Part shown: positions 43,621 to 55,219 of the stretch, in pieces
How positions within the stretch are numbered: the stretch's first letter is position 1
How the letters are laid out: every line of letters begins with the position of its first letter
Assembly (NCBI GenBank): GCA_019704295.1
Contig: AP024596.1
Coordinates: 864,001 to 928,000, forward strand
Length of the DNA: 64,000 nt
Origin: Sulfolobales archaeon HS-7
Lineage (GTDB): Archaea > Thermoproteota > Thermoprotei_A > Sulfolobales > Sulfolobaceae
Direction: 5' to 3'
The notes under the pieces: model-generated
Seen by the model: the letters and a program-made list of their open reading frames with translations, nothing else
Database searches by the model: none
What the model was told of the DNA's origin: nothing
Made by a program: the position numbers and the translations under genes

Positions 43621-45336
43621 CTATTCATGAGCGTAAATTAACGATACCCTATGGCCATCTTTTTCGTTATCTATTTGGTCTACTCGTGAAAAACCAAATC
43701 TTATGAGCTGAATAATTTCATCAGTATGTAGATTACCTAAGTACCTCTCTCCCCTGCCCCAAATTCTCTTCATATCATGCTGGGGCAGGATCACTTCTAC
43801 TTCGATTGACTCCTCCTTTTTCACCCACTGTATTATTTGAAGTTGTTTGGTTTTCGCTTCATTAATAGAGTAGGAATCACATATAAATGAATCCTTTGTA
43901 AACTTCCCGTTACATAGTTCCATGAGTCTCACCTTTCTCCCATCCTCATAGTCCTCCTTGTTCACAAGTATTAAGTCTCCAGTATTCACTTCAATAACTC
44001 TGTATTCCTCAATATATGGATTTAGTTGTGCTTTCACTGTAACTGGCCTACCCATGTACTTTAGAACGGGCGCTTCATTGGGATGTTGATCTTTTACGAA
44101 CATAAGCCTCTTAGCAATTCTGTCCGCCTTCTTTCTATTTAGAGCGGCAACGTTCTGAAAACTTATTGTTGCGTCAGAAACCTTTAGTCCCACGTCTATA
44201 ATTATCTCCCATATTGTGTCCCTTAATATCCCTCTCCTCCTTAATCCTGCTATAGTAGGAAGACGTGGATCCGTTCTATCAGTTCCCTTTTCAATAAGGG
44301 ATTTTATCTTTGACTTGCTCATCATAAATCCCTCTAACTTTAATCGACCAAACTGTGTGACAGAGGGTTCCTCCCATCCCATGTATTTGAAAATCCACCT
44401 TTGCTTTTTAGTGTTGGATTCGTGTTCCTTAGCCCTAAGGATATGGGTTACACCGAAATCGTGATCGTCTATAGGCGAGGCAAAGTTATACGTAGGCCAT
44501 ATAATGTACTTACTTCCTACTAATGGATGAGGATTTTTTGACGTATCAACAATTCTTAACATTACCCAATCTATCTGGGAAGGATCTGGATTATTGATAT
44601 CCGTCTTGATCCTGACTACTGCCTCACCCTCTGAATAACTACCACTTAGCATTTTGTCCCATAATTCTAGGTTACTTTCTGGCGAGTAGCTCCTAGTTAA
44701 CGGGAACTGTCTCCCATCTCTTAACCGTTTAAATTCGTCTTTACTTACGTCTACGTAAGCCTGTCCAGCAGCGATAAGTTGTCGTGTAACTTCATAATAT
44801 CTCTCTAATCTTCTTGAGGCGATTACGGGTTCACCGTGCCAGTTAATACCCAGCCATTTGAGATCTTCCTCAATCCACTGATATGCCTCTTTAACGGGTT
44901 TCTTTACCTTAGGATCAGTGTCATCAAAACGTAATATGAATTTTCCGTGGTAAATTCTAGCGTACTCAAAAGATAATATTGCCGATCTAGCATTACCAAG
45001 GTGGATAGGCCCGTCTGGATTAGGAGCAAATCTAGTAACAACTTCATCTTTTACATTGGGTAGATCTGGAAGTTCTTTCTTTTGTTCAACTTTCCTTTTC
45101 TCAGTATCTTCCTCTGGAAACTCTAAAGTAAAAACCCTCTTTTGTTCCTCCAACGGGATCGAATTTACAGTATCTGTAACCTTTTTTACGATATTAACCA
45201 CTTCTTTTGCCTTTGAACGAAGTTCTGGTCTTTCTGCAAATATCTTACTTACAACAGCATTTAGCTCAGCCTTACCATCATGCTCTATCGCGTTAATAAG
45301 TGCATATTTACGCGCTATTTTTTCTACGTCTTCCAT
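43621..45336 (-). CDS. gltX: Glutamate--tRNA ligase
   Basis: RFAPNPDGPIHLGN, LRFDDTDP, MSKS. Confidence 0.98.
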   Translation of the reverse strand: MEDVEKIARKYALINAIEHDGKAELNAVVSKIFAERPELRSKAKEVVNIVKKVTDTVNSIPLEEQKRVFTLEFPEEDTEKRKVEQKKELPDLPNVKDEVVTRFAPNPDGPIHLGNARSAILSFEYARIYHGKFILRFDDTDPKVKKPVKEAYQWIEEDLKWLGINWHGEPVIASRRLERYYEVTRQLIAAGQAYVDVSKDEFKRLRDGRQFPLTRSYSPESNLELWDKMLSGSYSEGEAVVRIKTDINNPDPSQIDWVMLRIVDTSKNPHPLVGSKYIIWPTYNFASPIDDHDFGVTHILRAKEHESNTKKQRWIFKYMGWEEPSVTQFGRLKLEGFMMSKSKIKSLIEKGTDRTDPRLPTIAGLRRRGILRDTIWEIIIDVGLKVSDATISFQNVAALNRKKADRIAKRLMFVKDQHPNEAPVLKYMGRPVTVKAQLNPYIEEYRVIEVNTGDLILVNKEDYEDGRKVRLMELCNGKFTKDSFICDSYSINEAKTKQLQIIQWVKKEESIEVEVILPQHDMKRIWGRGERYLGNLHTDEIIQLIRFGFSRVDQIDNEKDGHRVSLIYAHE

Positions 45337-45845
45337 ACTTAACAGCCACTTTATAAATTCTTACGATTCTGCATTTTTATTGTCATCGCCATGGTAAAGT
45401 TTTACGTTGTTATTAGATCTCTTTCGTCGTCCTAGGAAAGAATTTCCCTTCTCTTAGGGAAACGAGAGGAAGTATCACAAGACATTCTCTAGTTTTACGT
45501 GACCAATGTTAATTCCTATCATGACAGTCTAACTGGAAATAGAATTAATGAATCACCTACGTAAGATATGCTGAAATCCCTGAAATTCAGGAAAAAACAT
45601 TGCGTCACTTTAATATTACGGTTCTACGGGATATTAAACCCGTGAGTTCCCCATCTTTTTACGAATGGAGTTTCGGGGAATCTCCATGACTTTATTCATA
45701 GGGGCCATTTTGACGTTGCCAATTCACGTTAACAATGCATAGTAAACTTTTGAGAGATTTATGGGCATTAAATGGTACCAAATACACGAAATCGGCGACT
45801 TGTCCTAAATTTTTGTCCATTAACGGATATTTAATACTTTATGAA

Positions 45846-45921
45846 TGGGGCCGCAGGGATTTGAACCCTGGACCTCCAGGGCCCAAGCCTGGCGTCCTGG
45901 TCCTGGCTAGACGACGGCCCC
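45846..45921 (-). tRNA. tRNA-Pro(UGG), intronless
   Basis: GGGGCCGTCGTCTAGCCAGGACCAGGACGCCAGGCTTGGGCCCTGGAGGTCCAGGGTTCAAATCCCTGCGGCCCCA. Confidence 0.97.
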
Positions 45922-46295
45922 ACTTCCTAAACTATTATACCTATTAATTTTAAACCTTACCCATAAAATCATTTACCACCAATGCAGAAATAAGGAACCC
46001 TATTCCACAAGATAGGACGATTCACAAATAAATAATGACAATACTTTCCTGTAATGAGGACACAATTTGTGAATTTCAATTTCAACAAGGTAACTTGGAT
46101 ATCTGTTAATGATGTAAAATTGCGAGGGTGCAATATTTAGGTATAGATACTTACTCCTTTTAGCTTATGTGATCCCTTAATGTCTTTCCGTAACTACGTC
46201 CGACCGTCACCTTTATAATTACTATTGATACTAGACTTATGACTAAAAATTCAAATAGTAAAAGAAACCTTAACAATCATCTTTCATGAAAAAAG

Positions 46296-46619
46296 TTAAA
46301 TATATTTCTCAACTAAACGTGTAAATAGAGCGGCGTTTTTCTCAGCGTCCTTTTCAGCCTGTTCTAGGTACTTCTTGATCTCCTCGTCCTTGATTAACCC
46401 TAACCTTTGTTTGTAATTCACGATTCCATTTAGCTCTTCCTCTAAACTATTGAGAATTGCCTTCAAATGTTCAGCATCAGCCTTTCCCGAAGCCTCTGCC
46501 TTTCTTTTTAAGCATGAGAAATGAACTACCGCCTTATTTGATAGGTAAGTAAATAGTTCGTCCCAAGCTATCTGTTCATTACATATATCGCATTTCCACT
46601 TAGTGTATGCTTTACTCAT
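46296..46619 (-). CDS. DUF2175-family protein
   Basis: WKCDIC...WDELFT...VHFSC plus coiled coil. Confidence 0.75.
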   Translation of the reverse strand: MSKAYTKWKCDICNEQIAWDELFTYLSNKAVVHFSCLKRKAEASGKADAEHLKAILNSLEEELNGIVNYKQRLGLIKDEEIKKYLEQAEKDAEKNAALFTRLVEKYI

Positions 46620-46847
46620 AACTATTTTAAGATAACTAATAACCTTTAAGCTTTCTTTTTACAAGCATCGTCTTCCTTATATCCAATCATAGGATAGTGA
46701 GATAAACTTTTATTTAGCTATAAAATACGTTGGTCTCACCTATAAGGATCCTCATAAGGGTAAAAGTAGTGTTAATCACATTATGTTTTTAAAAATAACT
46801 AGAGAAAATACGCTAAACACTTCTGAAATGCAAATGATAGGACTATG

Positions 46848-47822
46848 TTAAACTCGTATTATGGTCGTCTGAAGGATTACTGCCAATATGGCGAACACGA
46901 TCTCTATTAACCATATTATTATCACAATTTCATATTCCTTAAAATTTCCGGCTTTCATGATAACATGAGTCAGCGACTGCGGTGCTTTACTCCATCTCAG
47001 AGTACCGTCCCTATTAATTTCTCCAAAGGAAATTCCCTTGAATTTAGTTCTCGCCTTTAATATAAATTCGAGAACATAAGGGAGATATAATACTGCAGTG
47101 GCGGTAAGCATATAGCCGCCTATACCTATAGCTCCAATTGTAGCTCCTATAAAATACGTCCCTATGTTGCCTGGAAATACTTTTGCAGGGTAAAAATTGA
47201 ATATAAGGAAAGCGACTAACGAAAATATTAGCGACAAGGCTAGAATGCCCGCTTCATGTGTTACTCCAGTATGTGTTAAACCTATGTACGCTAATGCTGA
47301 GGCCATAATTATTCCCTGACCTGTACCCAAGCCATTAAGGCCTTCAAGCATATTGAAAGCGTTAGCGGTAATAGTTAAGACAGCTGGAATTAATATGATG
47401 TAGTATAACAATCCAAAATTTACTAATCCAATGAAAGGTACTGAAATTGTTGTATGTCCTATAGTTGCAACGGCTAGAGGTACTGAGGCAAATACTGGCA
47501 AAAAGGCTCTTATTGATTGCCTTAGATTTAGGAAGTCATCGAGAGCACCAATGAAGGCTAGGGCAAGTACTACAGATACTATGCTTGCAATAAGCCTAAG
47601 ATATCTTGGTTCTAAAGCCTCAAGCGTAAAGGCTCCAGCCAAAAATCCTGTTATAGGACCTATTCCGCCAAGAAGAGGAACTTCACGTGAATCCCCCTTG
47701 TTTACGTCTTTCCCCTTAAAATTTCTGCTACCGGCAACATTTATTACCCATCTGGTAGAAAGGAGTGATACCACGAAAGATATAACGACAAGTAATATAA
47801 GTTTGATAAGTTCACTATACAT
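46848..47822 (-). CDS. aglH: UDP-GlcNAc:dolichyl-phosphate GlcNAc-1-P transferase (MraY/GT4 family)
   Basis: GKDVNK, GALDD, NAFNMLEGLNG, FNFYPAKVFPGN; follows gds as in Sulfolobus. Confidence 0.9.
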   Translation of the reverse strand: MYSELIKLILLVVISFVVSLLSTRWVINVAGSRNFKGKDVNKGDSREVPLLGGIGPITGFLAGAFTLEALEPRYLRLIASIVSVVLALAFIGALDDFLNLRQSIRAFLPVFASVPLAVATIGHTTISVPFIGLVNFGLLYYIILIPAVLTITANAFNMLEGLNGLGTGQGIIMASALAYIGLTHTGVTHEAGILALSLIFSLVAFLIFNFYPAKVFPGNIGTYFIGATIGAIGIGGYMLTATAVLYLPYVLEFILKARTKFKGISFGEINRDGTLRWSKAPQSLTHVIMKAGNFKEYEIVIIIWLIEIVFAILAVILQTTIIRV

Positions 47823-48844
47823 TACTTTCTCCTTTCAATGGTAAGATCTAGTACTTGAGATATGTATTTTCTTGGAAGAGGATTTTTCTCGGGTAATTGA
47901 TCAATTAGTATTTTTGCTTGCTTTATATACTCCGATGCCTTTTGTCTAGCATAATCGAGAGAATACCTAAGGATAATATTTACTGCCTTTTCTAATTCAG
48001 ATTGTGATACTTCCTTATTGCCTAGAACCCTGGTTATGAACTCTTTCTCGTTCCTGTCTGCGTCCTCAAATGCCTTAATAATTAGAATGGTCTTCTTACC
48101 TTCTCTCAAATCGCTGAATTTCGGTTTCCCGATCTCGGTTTCATCCCCAGTAAGCCCTAATATATCATCAACTATCTGGAACGCGATCCCAGTATTTATC
48201 CCAGCTCTTATCGTCATGTCTACAATTTTTGTGTCCTGACCAGAAATTAATGCTCCTAATCCCATTGCGGCACCAAATAACTGGGCTGTTTTCTTCTCTA
48301 TCATCTTAAAATACCTGTCTTCAGCTACAATAGGGGAATTCTCAAAACCCATATCAATTGCCTGACCCTCAGCTATTATTATTATTGAATCATGTATTAG
48401 TCTTATACTTTCATATATTATCTGCTCGTTTAGTCCCCTTACTGCCTCTAGTATTGTTCTCATTCCTAAGGCATGAAGCAAATCTCCTGCAAGAATAGCG
48501 TTATTTATACCGTATTCAGCATGAACAGATTTTACGCCTCGTCTAAGTTCGTCCCTATCCATTATATCGTCGTGAATTAGGGTGAACACGTGAAGCATTT
48601 CTATTCCAGCCCCAGCAAGGATGGCACGATTAGTATCTCCGCCTAACATATCCGTAATCATATACGTGATAACAGGTCTGAGCCTTTTTCCTCCAGCCTT
48701 GAAGAGGTGAGTTGCGGCTTCATAAAGATTTCTTTCATACTCGTCCTGTAATCCTGGTGTCAGTTTTTCAATGATAGTGTTATCAACATGCCCGATTACG
48801 TTGTTAATATAACTTTCCATCGATATGTTTTCTAATCTCTTCAT
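47822..48844 (-). CDS. gds: Geranylgeranyl diphosphate synthase (start may be ATG 48820)
   Basis: GGKRLRP, FTLIHDDIMD, FQIVDDILG, SDLREGKKT. Confidence 0.95.
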   Translation of the reverse strand: MKRLENISMESYINNVIGHVDNTIIEKLTPGLQDEYERNLYEAATHLFKAGGKRLRPVITYMITDMLGGDTNRAILAGAGIEMLHVFTLIHDDIMDRDELRRGVKSVHAEYGINNAILAGDLLHALGMRTILEAVRGLNEQIIYESIRLIHDSIIIIAEGQAIDMGFENSPIVAEDRYFKMIEKKTAQLFGAAMGLGALISGQDTKIVDMTIRAGINTGIAFQIVDDILGLTGDETEIGKPKFSDLREGKKTILIIKAFEDADRNEKEFITRVLGNKEVSQSELEKAVNIILRYSLDYARQKASEYIKQAKILIDQLPEKNPLPRKYISQVLDLTIERRK

Positions 48845-49916
48845 ATTTTAAAACTTCTATACCTCTGGCTTGGATCCAGTTCAAAAGTTTACTTGAAATC
48901 ACTAAAGGTACCTTATGAAGTTGTTTGACGTCTTTAGAACCAGTAAGTAACATACCTACCTTCAACTCAAATATCACACTCTGTAAGAACTCTGTCAATG
49001 AAGCCTTTCCCCTTATGACCTCTCCAAGGGCTGGTAATGCGAACCCACTGATGTTAGATCCTAGAGCGATAGCCTTTGCTACATCCAGACCGTTCCTTAT
49101 TCCCCCGCTTCCTATTATGAATGCGTTATTCATTACATATCGCGTTTCAATTATTGAAGCAGCTGTTGGTATCCCCCAATTAGCAAACAACTTAGCGCTC
49201 TTAGATTTGGGATTATTCCTGCGTTGACCTCTTATCATCTCAACTCCTATCCAGCTTGTCCCTCCTGCTCCTGAAATGTCAACATACGAAATTCCATGCT
49301 TTTCTAACAGGTTTGCTGTCTCCATTGATATTCCACAGCCAGTTTCCTTAACTATTAAGGGTATGTCTAGGCTCCTGGATAAGTCGACAAGTTTTTCTAG
49401 ATACTCGAAATAGTAGTTAGTTTCCCCTTCAGGCTGAAACACTTCTTGTGCGACGTTTAAATGTACTGCTAATGCATCAGCTTCAATCAAGTTAATTAGC
49501 TTATCAATCTCTTTTACTGTATAATTTGCGAGTTGTGGATACCCGATGTTCGCTATCAACGGAATTGAAGGAGCCTTCTTTCTAGCGATCCTGAATGATT
49601 CCTCTGCTTCACTGTTTTCTATTGCAATTCTTTGGCTTCCAACACCCATTGGAATGCCTATGTTTTCCGCTACCTCAGCAATAGTGGAGTTTATTAGCAT
49701 TAGTTCCTCAGATCCTCCTGTCATACCCGTAATCATAAACGGGGCGGAAATTTCCTTTTTTAGAAATTTCGTTCCAATGTTAATCTCCTCGATCGAGAAA
49801 CCTGGTATTGCTTGATGTACTAGGTCTACATCGGACATAAGGGTCGACGTTATTCCATCCACATCGCCGTATAAGGTAACCTCTATATGTTCCATTTTTC
49901 TTTTCTTAATTGACAT
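48804..49916 (-). CDS. fni: Type 2 isopentenyl-diphosphate isomerase
   Basis: RKMEH, TGMTGG, GVGSQR, HLN..QE..QPEG, KETGCG, GAGGTSW. Confidence 0.97.
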   Translation of the reverse strand: MSIKKRKMEHIEVTLYGDVDGITSTLMSDVDLVHQAIPGFSIEEINIGTKFLKKEISAPFMITGMTGGSEELMLINSTIAEVAENIGIPMGVGSQRIAIENSEAEESFRIARKKAPSIPLIANIGYPQLANYTVKEIDKLINLIEADALAVHLNVAQEVFQPEGETNYYFEYLEKLVDLSRSLDIPLIVKETGCGISMETANLLEKHGISYVDISGAGGTSWIGVEMIRGQRRNNPKSKSAKLFANWGIPTAASIIETRYVMNNAFIIGSGGIRNGLDVAKAIALGSNISGFALPALGEVIRGKASLTEFLQSVIFELKVGMLLTGSKDVKQLHKVPLVISSKLLNWIQARGIEVLKYEEIRKHIDGKLY

Positions 49917-49927
49917 TATAATCGCTC

Positions 49928-50587
49928 TTAATTATTACATTTTACACTAAATAAACATGCGTATCTACCATCCCATATCCACTTAAACCTATCTTCATTC
50001 TCTATAGGCAGACTATATAGTGCGTACCAAAGCCCGTTCTCTAGCCTTATTAGCTCTTTTTTTATTTCACGGCTCATTAATACTGGAATTATTCCCAGAA
50101 GGTGAACTAGAGGTTCCACTAATTCGGCGGAAATAGGTTTCAACTCAACTCTATTCCTGAGCTCAACGTTTATTAAAGGCATATCGACTCTAATTGGTTC
50201 CTCTCCTTCCCTGTATAAGATACTGCCCAATCTTTCCGAAAGTCTTAATCCCCTTATTAACGATTTATAAGGTGCTATTTCATCCACTAGCTCAAGGACT
50301 TCTATTTTCTCATCCTCACTCATCGCTAATTCTTTAGCTATGTTGTTTGCAAGTATTTCAGTCTCTTTTACGTACTTTACACTTTGAGGCAAATCCCCCT
50401 TAATTGTTGGTATTTTTTTAGGCATAAATCCAACTATCTCTTTCATTTCTTTTATGTAAGGGGGAATTTCGGTGTTATCTGCAATTTCAAACTGTATATC
50501 AAAATTGTATGGGGCACGAATGACGAGAATCGGATTGTTTTTGTTCGGCAGGGGTATACCAGAAAATGGAATGGGAATAGTTTTCAA
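49928..50587 (-). CDS. Hypothetical protein, possibly a degenerate GHMP-kinase remnant
   Basis: Overlaps the MEMO1 gene; occupies the mevalonate-kinase slot of the archaeal rps2-MEMO-mvk-ipk-fni-gds cluster; no PxxxGLGSSA motif. Confidence 0.6.
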   Translation of the reverse strand: MKTIPIPFSGIPLPNKNNPILVIRAPYNFDIQFEIADNTEIPPYIKEMKEIVGFMPKKIPTIKGDLPQSVKYVKETEILANNIAKELAMSEDEKIEVLELVDEIAPYKSLIRGLRLSERLGSILYREGEEPIRVDMPLINVELRNRVELKPISAELVEPLVHLLGIIPVLMSREIKKELIRLENGLWYALYSLPIENEDRFKWIWDGRYACLFSVKCNN

Positions 50588-51426
50588 TTAATAATCACTG
50601 ATAAATATCCTACTACTGATGACTTATTTCCTGATGTATCTCCAGATGTTGCATGGCTTAACATTCTAGCTTTCAATCCTAACTTCTTTCCAATTACTAA
50701 TGCCGTCATGACAGGTCCATAACCACACATCGTAATGTTTTTTCGTTCTACTGTATCATAAAGTCCAATGTGATCCAATTTTAAGATCTCAGCTATCGCC
50801 TCGTTATCCTTCTTGATTACCATATCATGAGGCTCGTAATGTACCATATCTGACGAGGCTAAGATCATAGCGGATATGCCGATCAAGTTAATCGTATCCA
50901 CTATGCCCTTAGCAACTTTCTCTGATGTTTCCGGTTCCTGTAGAGTAATTTGTATTGGAACGATAGGAATTTGACTATTGTATAGATAGTATATAAAAGG
51001 TAATTGCACTTCTATTGAATGTTCATACAGGTGAGCCTTTTCATTGATGTCAACTATCTCAGAATTCCTTACTACTTCTACAGCTACTCTTTTTTCTACT
51101 CTAAGTTCGCCGAGAGGAGTTACCCACTCACCTTCAGAAAAAACATCAGCTATTTTACCCACTCCATTATGGTCTGGACCTAAGATGATTATGGCGTCAG
51201 GTGTTCCTAACTCTGCCATCTCGTAAAACACATGCGAAGCTATGGGTCCGCTGTAAATGTAACCCGCGTGAGGGACGACGAATACTGATGTATTAGGTTT
51301 TGCCCTTTTCACCCTAGGAAGAGAACCCGGACCTAACGGATGTAAAAACGCACTTTCAATCTGTTTCTTAAGTTCAGTTGGATTATTACTATAAAACGAT
51401 CCAGCCACTGCTGGATATCTTTTCAT
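50584..51426 (-). CDS. MEMO1/AmmeMemoRadiSam protein B family
   Basis: [39 protein letters not shown]. Confidence 0.93.
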   Translation of the reverse strand: MKRYPAVAGSFYSNNPTELKKQIESAFLHPLGPGSLPRVKRAKPNTSVFVVPHAGYIYSGPIASHVFYEMAELGTPDAIIILGPDHNGVGKIADVFSEGEWVTPLGELRVEKRVAVEVVRNSEIVDINEKAHLYEHSIEVQLPFIYYLYNSQIPIVPIQITLQEPETSEKVAKGIVDTINLIGISAMILASSDMVHYEPHDMVIKKDNEAIAEILKLDHIGLYDTVERKNITMCGYGPVMTALVIGKKLGLKARMLSHATSGDTSGNKSSVVGYLSVIIN

Positions 51427-52094
51427 TGAGTTAATTTCACCTCAAATTCTTCCACCGGTACAGGTAATTCTGCATCAGGAGCTATCTCCTTTCTCTCTCT
51501 TAATATCTGTCTCGCCAAAATCCAATAAAGTAGTGCGAGTGATTTCCTGCCCTTATTATTTGAAGGAATGACTAGGTCCAGATAGTCGAGTTTGGCGTCA
51601 GTGTCAGCAAAAGCTACTACTGGAATACCAATCTTCGATGCTTCCTTTATAGCCTGGATATCTGCACGCGGATCCGAGATTAACACGACTTCCGGTTCTT
51701 TGTACACATCAAGTCTGGGATTTGTTAATGTTCCTGGCATGAACCTACCTTTTATAGGTGTGGAACCGGTTACTTCTGCAAACTTCTCAATTGGCGTGAA
51801 TGCATATTGTCTTGCTGCTACAACCAAAATGGATTTTGAAGGGAATCTAGATAAAAACTTAGCAGCGATTTTCAATCTTTCATTAATCTTCCTAACATCT
51901 AATACATATAGCCCGTCTGGCCTTACCCTGTATACGAATTTCTTCATCTGACTCATACATGAGTGAGTACCTATATGAACGCCAGCCGACAAATAGTTTT
52001 CTAAGGGTACCAATAATTCAATATATCCTCTCTCTGACTTTTGAATTTCTTCCTTTTCCTCCTCCGTCAAATCATAACTTTTGTCTTCTGCCAT
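51423..52094 (-). CDS. rps2: 30S ribosomal protein S2
   Basis: [31 protein letters not shown]. Confidence 0.98.
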   Translation of the reverse strand: MAEDKSYDLTEEEKEEIQKSERGYIELLVPLENYLSAGVHIGTHSCMSQMKKFVYRVRPDGLYVLDVRKINERLKIAAKFLSRFPSKSILVVAARQYAFTPIEKFAEVTGSTPIKGRFMPGTLTNPRLDVYKEPEVVLISDPRADIQAIKEASKIGIPVVAFADTDAKLDYLDLVIPSNNKGRKSLALLYWILARQILRERKEIAPDAELPVPVEEFEVKLTQ

Positions 52095-52103
52095 GATTCC
52101 TCA

Positions 52104-52304
52104 CTATACAGGTCTAGTATATCTTATTACTTCTTTAATAACGTCTACGTGAGACATTAACATTCTGCGGCAGCAGTATCTTTCAACGCCAAGTTCGTCT
52201 AGTACTTTTTCTGGTTGTTCACCCATTTCTATCCTTCTCTTGAATTCCTCCCATTTATCGGCAACTAAACTTCCACAAGTAAAACATCGCACGGGTATTA
52301 TCAT
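52104..52304 (-). CDS. rpoN: RNA polymerase subunit N (Rpo10)
   Basis: [19 protein letters not shown]. Confidence 0.98.
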   Translation of the reverse strand: MIIPVRCFTCGSLVADKWEEFKRRIEMGEQPEKVLDELGVERYCCRRMLMSHVDVIKEVIRYTRPV

Positions 52305-52312
52305 TGTGAATC

Positions 52313-52723
52313 TCACCTATACGACTTTTGTCTCCACCGTCTGGCCCCATAACGCATCCATTTCTCTGTCTCTGTCCTTCTTTTATCCCCAGCTAACATA
52401 CTTCTATCGTAATCTCGATATATTTTCACTATCTCTTCATTATTTGCAAACTTTACTATTCCTCTGGCTACAGCTGTACGACATGCATCAGCTTGTCCCA
52501 TAAATCCGCCTCCTTCGCATGTCACAAATATATCTAATTCACCAGCTATTTTCCCAGCTAATATTATAGGCTCTAATATTTTATTCCTTACAATTTCAGT
52601 TCCGTATATTGGAAGAGGGACACCATTAATGTAAACTCTACCTTTGCCCTTTTTTACGTAACATTTGGCCACCGCTCTTTTCCTTCGTGCTGATGTAATT
52701 ATAACTTGATTTTCTTCAGGCAT
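52313..52723 (-). CDS. rps9: 30S ribosomal protein S9
   Basis: [15 protein letters not shown]. Confidence 0.98.
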   Translation of the reverse strand: MPEENQVIITSARRKRAVAKCYVKKGKGRVYINGVPLPIYGTEIVRNKILEPIILAGKIAGELDIFVTCEGGGFMGQADACRTAVARGIVKFANNEEIVKIYRDYDRSMLAGDKRRTETEKWMRYGARRWRQKSYR

Positions 52724-53156
52724 GTCTCCATCCCATCTCCTTTGCTACCTCACTCAAATATACGTAATAACCTTTCAATCTAGAATTATTTGCCTCTGGA
52801 AAACTTATCATCTTTTCCGATTGTAAATAAGGTGGAATATCGTTATATACTTTTACCATTTTTAACATTTTTTTACCACTTTCATTTTTGGGTAGCATTC
52901 CCCTGATAGTTCTCTTAACTATTCTCTGTGGGTTTCTTGGTCTCCTAATTCCGCTTTTTTCCGGATTATACATTGTCCTTACTTCAAATAATAGTTTATA
53001 TCCCTCAATAACTTTTCTTTTATCCCCGCTTATTACAATTTTCTTAGCATTAACTATAGCTACTTTTTTCCCTTCTTTCAAGTATCTAATTACCATCGAA
53101 CACATTCTCCCTAAGATCTGATTTTCCCCGTTTACTATTACACGTTCTTCGCTCAT
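52716..53156 (-). CDS. rpl13: 50S ribosomal protein L13
   Basis: ILGR, IRGMLP. Confidence 0.96.
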   Translation of the reverse strand: MSEERVIVNGENQILGRMCSMVIRYLKEGKKVAIVNAKKIVISGDKRKVIEGYKLLFEVRTMYNPEKSGIRRPRNPQRIVKRTIRGMLPKNESGKKMLKMVKVYNDIPPYLQSEKMISFPEANNSRLKGYYVYLSEVAKEMGWRHA

Positions 53157-53509
53157 CGCATAATCACCACTCCTTTTACACTTTTTAAAGTATTGAGTGC
53201 ATCTTCTATATCGCCTACATCTCCTCCATTACTCCTTATTTTTTCTATGGCTGCCTTTGAGAAGTTTAATGCATAAACGTTAACTTTCTTTTTTAGCTCT
53301 CCCGTAGCTAATACTTTTCCTAGAACTATTACCGTATCTCCGTCATTTACTAGGTTATCAATCTTATAGAGATTGATAACATGTTTCTTTCTCTCCCTTC
53401 TACTTTTCGATAGTTCTTCAAAAACCCTTCTCCATAGTCTAACTTTTTGCTTTTTAACTTTCCGTAACAATATTCTGTAATTCCTATCCGTGCTCACTAC
53501 CCTACGCAA
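53153..53509 (-). CDS. rpl18e: 50S ribosomal protein L18e
   Basis: [24 protein letters not shown]. Confidence 0.95.
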   Translation of the reverse strand: MRRVVSTDRNYRILLRKVKKQKVRLWRRVFEELSKSRRERKKHVINLYKIDNLVNDGDTVIVLGKVLATGELKKKVNVYALNFSKAAIEKIRSNGGDVGDIEDALNTLKSVKGVVIMR

Positions 53510-54302
53510 AATTCAACACCTCAATTTTCTTCTCTAACTCGTTTAGCTTGTGCCTTATCTTTTTATTGGCCTCTATTAAAATTCTTTCTGCTCTAAGACT
53601 TCCTACAGATTCTACTCTCAATATATACTTTCCAGGTATAGAGGAAACCTTAATGTTAGAGCAATACTTCACACACTCCTCGCATAATGTACAGTTATAC
53701 TCGTTCTTTACTACTAATTTTTCCCCCTCCTTTTTAAATACTTTAAACGGACATATCGTAGCCGGTTGCTTACACTCGCCTTCTATGGTAATAGTTGGAT
53801 AATATCTAACTATAGCAGCAGTTGTGGTCGCAAACTTTGCATGTTCCTTTCCATATCCAAGTCGTAGTCTTCCCTCTAGACTTATCTTTTGTCCTTTTCC
53901 CAAAAGGACAATAGGTATTTCTGAAGATACTGGTCTTACTTCTGGATCCTCACACTTGATGTCCCCGCTGTATATCATTCTACTCTCCTCTCCCTCGCTT
54001 GAGACGTCTAGAAATATTCTCGTAAAACAGTTTTCACAATTTTCCTTACATTCCATACATTCTTCCGGACTCCGGTACTTCTCTATCGCGTTTTCGGATA
54101 TAAATGGAACCATTGCAAGTCTATGAGCTATCATCTCATCATAAAGGGCACTATTGTTCTCTAAAACATAGACTTCGTCAAGGGCTATTACAGGAACGTA
54201 GAGTAACGATGCTCGTCTTATCGCATTTACAAATTCTAAAGGATACCCGTCGGTCACCATTTCGATAACTAAGTCATCTATCTCTACTACACTAATTGTC
54301 AT
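53502..54302 (-). CDS. rpoD: RNA polymerase subunit D (Rpo3) with ferredoxin-like domain
   Basis: [24 protein letters not shown]. Confidence 0.97.
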   Translation of the reverse strand: MTISVVEIDDLVIEMVTDGYPLEFVNAIRRASLLYVPVIALDEVYVLENNSALYDEMIAHRLAMVPFISENAIEKYRSPEECMECKENCENCFTRIFLDVSSEGEESRMIYSGDIKCEDPEVRPVSSEIPIVLLGKGQKISLEGRLRLGYGKEHAKFATTTAAIVRYYPTITIEGECKQPATICPFKVFKKEGEKLVVKNEYNCTLCEECVKYCSNIKVSSIPGKYILRVESVGSLRAERILIEANKKIRHKLNELEKKIEVLNFA

Positions 54303-54700
54303 TACACTCTTCTACCCCTTCTCCCTCCTGGCCGCCTTATTGTATCGTGAGGTAACGGCGTAACATCCTCAATTCTCCCTATTATGAAACCGGATCTTGC
54401 GAGCGCTCTTATTGCAGGTTGAGCTCCAGGTCCAGGTGTTTTAGAACCATACCCGCCAGGGGCTCTAACCTTAATGTGTATAGCCATCAGACCCTTATCT
54501 AATGCGTCAGATGCAGCTTTTGACGCGGCTAACATAGCGGCATAAGGCGACGGCTTTTCTCGATCAGCTTTTACAACTATACCACCAGACGCCTTTGCAA
54601 CTATCTCAGCACCTGTAATATCCGTAATTGTGAGAATCGTGTTATTTTGTGAAGCGTATATATGTGCAGCTCCCCACTTGATCTCCTTTTTTGAAGACAT
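54302..54700 (-). CDS. rps11: 30S ribosomal protein S11
   Basis: [24 protein letters not shown]. Confidence 0.98.
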   Translation of the reverse strand: MSSKKEIKWGAAHIYASQNNTILTITDITGAEIVAKASGGIVVKADREKPSPYAAMLAASKAASDALDKGLMAIHIKVRAPGGYGSKTPGPGAQPAIRALARSGFIIGRIEDVTPLPHDTIRRPGGRRGRRV

Positions 54701-55219
54701 CTACTCTTCTACCTCTTCCCTACTTATCGGTTTAGTTTTAAAAGGGCTTAACGGATAATAATCTATTTTATCCTCTTCCTCAGTAGTTACAAAGTAACCT
54801 GGTGATGTTACTCTTTTCATATTAATCGCAATATGACCATGCACAATAAGCTGTCTAGCTTGGTAGATTGTTTTTGCTAATCCCTTTCTGAAAACTAGAG
54901 TCTGTAAGCGTCTTTCAAGTAAATTTTCCTCTCTTAAACTCAAAATGTCATCCGTCGTCGCAGTTCCTTTAATTAAACCTATTCTCGTTAACTTTGCAAC
55001 CAATTGTTTCTCTCTTGTAATTCTTTCCGCAAGAGGAAGACCTAGTAGACTTCTTGCCTGATGTCTATACTTACGGATAATAGATCTTGCTAACCAGATT
55101 TCCCTTTTATTTCTCAATCCATACTTAGACAGAAGTTCTTGTTCTGTAAGAAGTGTTTGTTTATCCCATGGAGTAGAAGGAGACTCCCATTTTCTCCTAC
55201 TCTTTCGCGGATCTCCCAT
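54701..55219 (-). CDS. rps4: 30S ribosomal protein S4
   Basis: [26 protein letters not shown]. Confidence 0.98.
   Translation of the reverse strand: MGDPRKSRRKWESPSTPWDKQTLLTEQELLSKYGLRNKREIWLARSIIRKYRHQARSLLGLPLAERITREKQLVAKLTRIGLIKGTATTDDILSLREENLLERRLQTLVFRKGLAKTIYQARQLIVHGHIAINMKRVTSPGYFVTTEEEDKIDYYPLSPFKTKPISREEVEE

Noticed and set aside
45735-45947. 70-aa ORF with WGRRDLNPGPPGPKPG
   Set aside because: Translation of the antisense strand of tRNA-Pro
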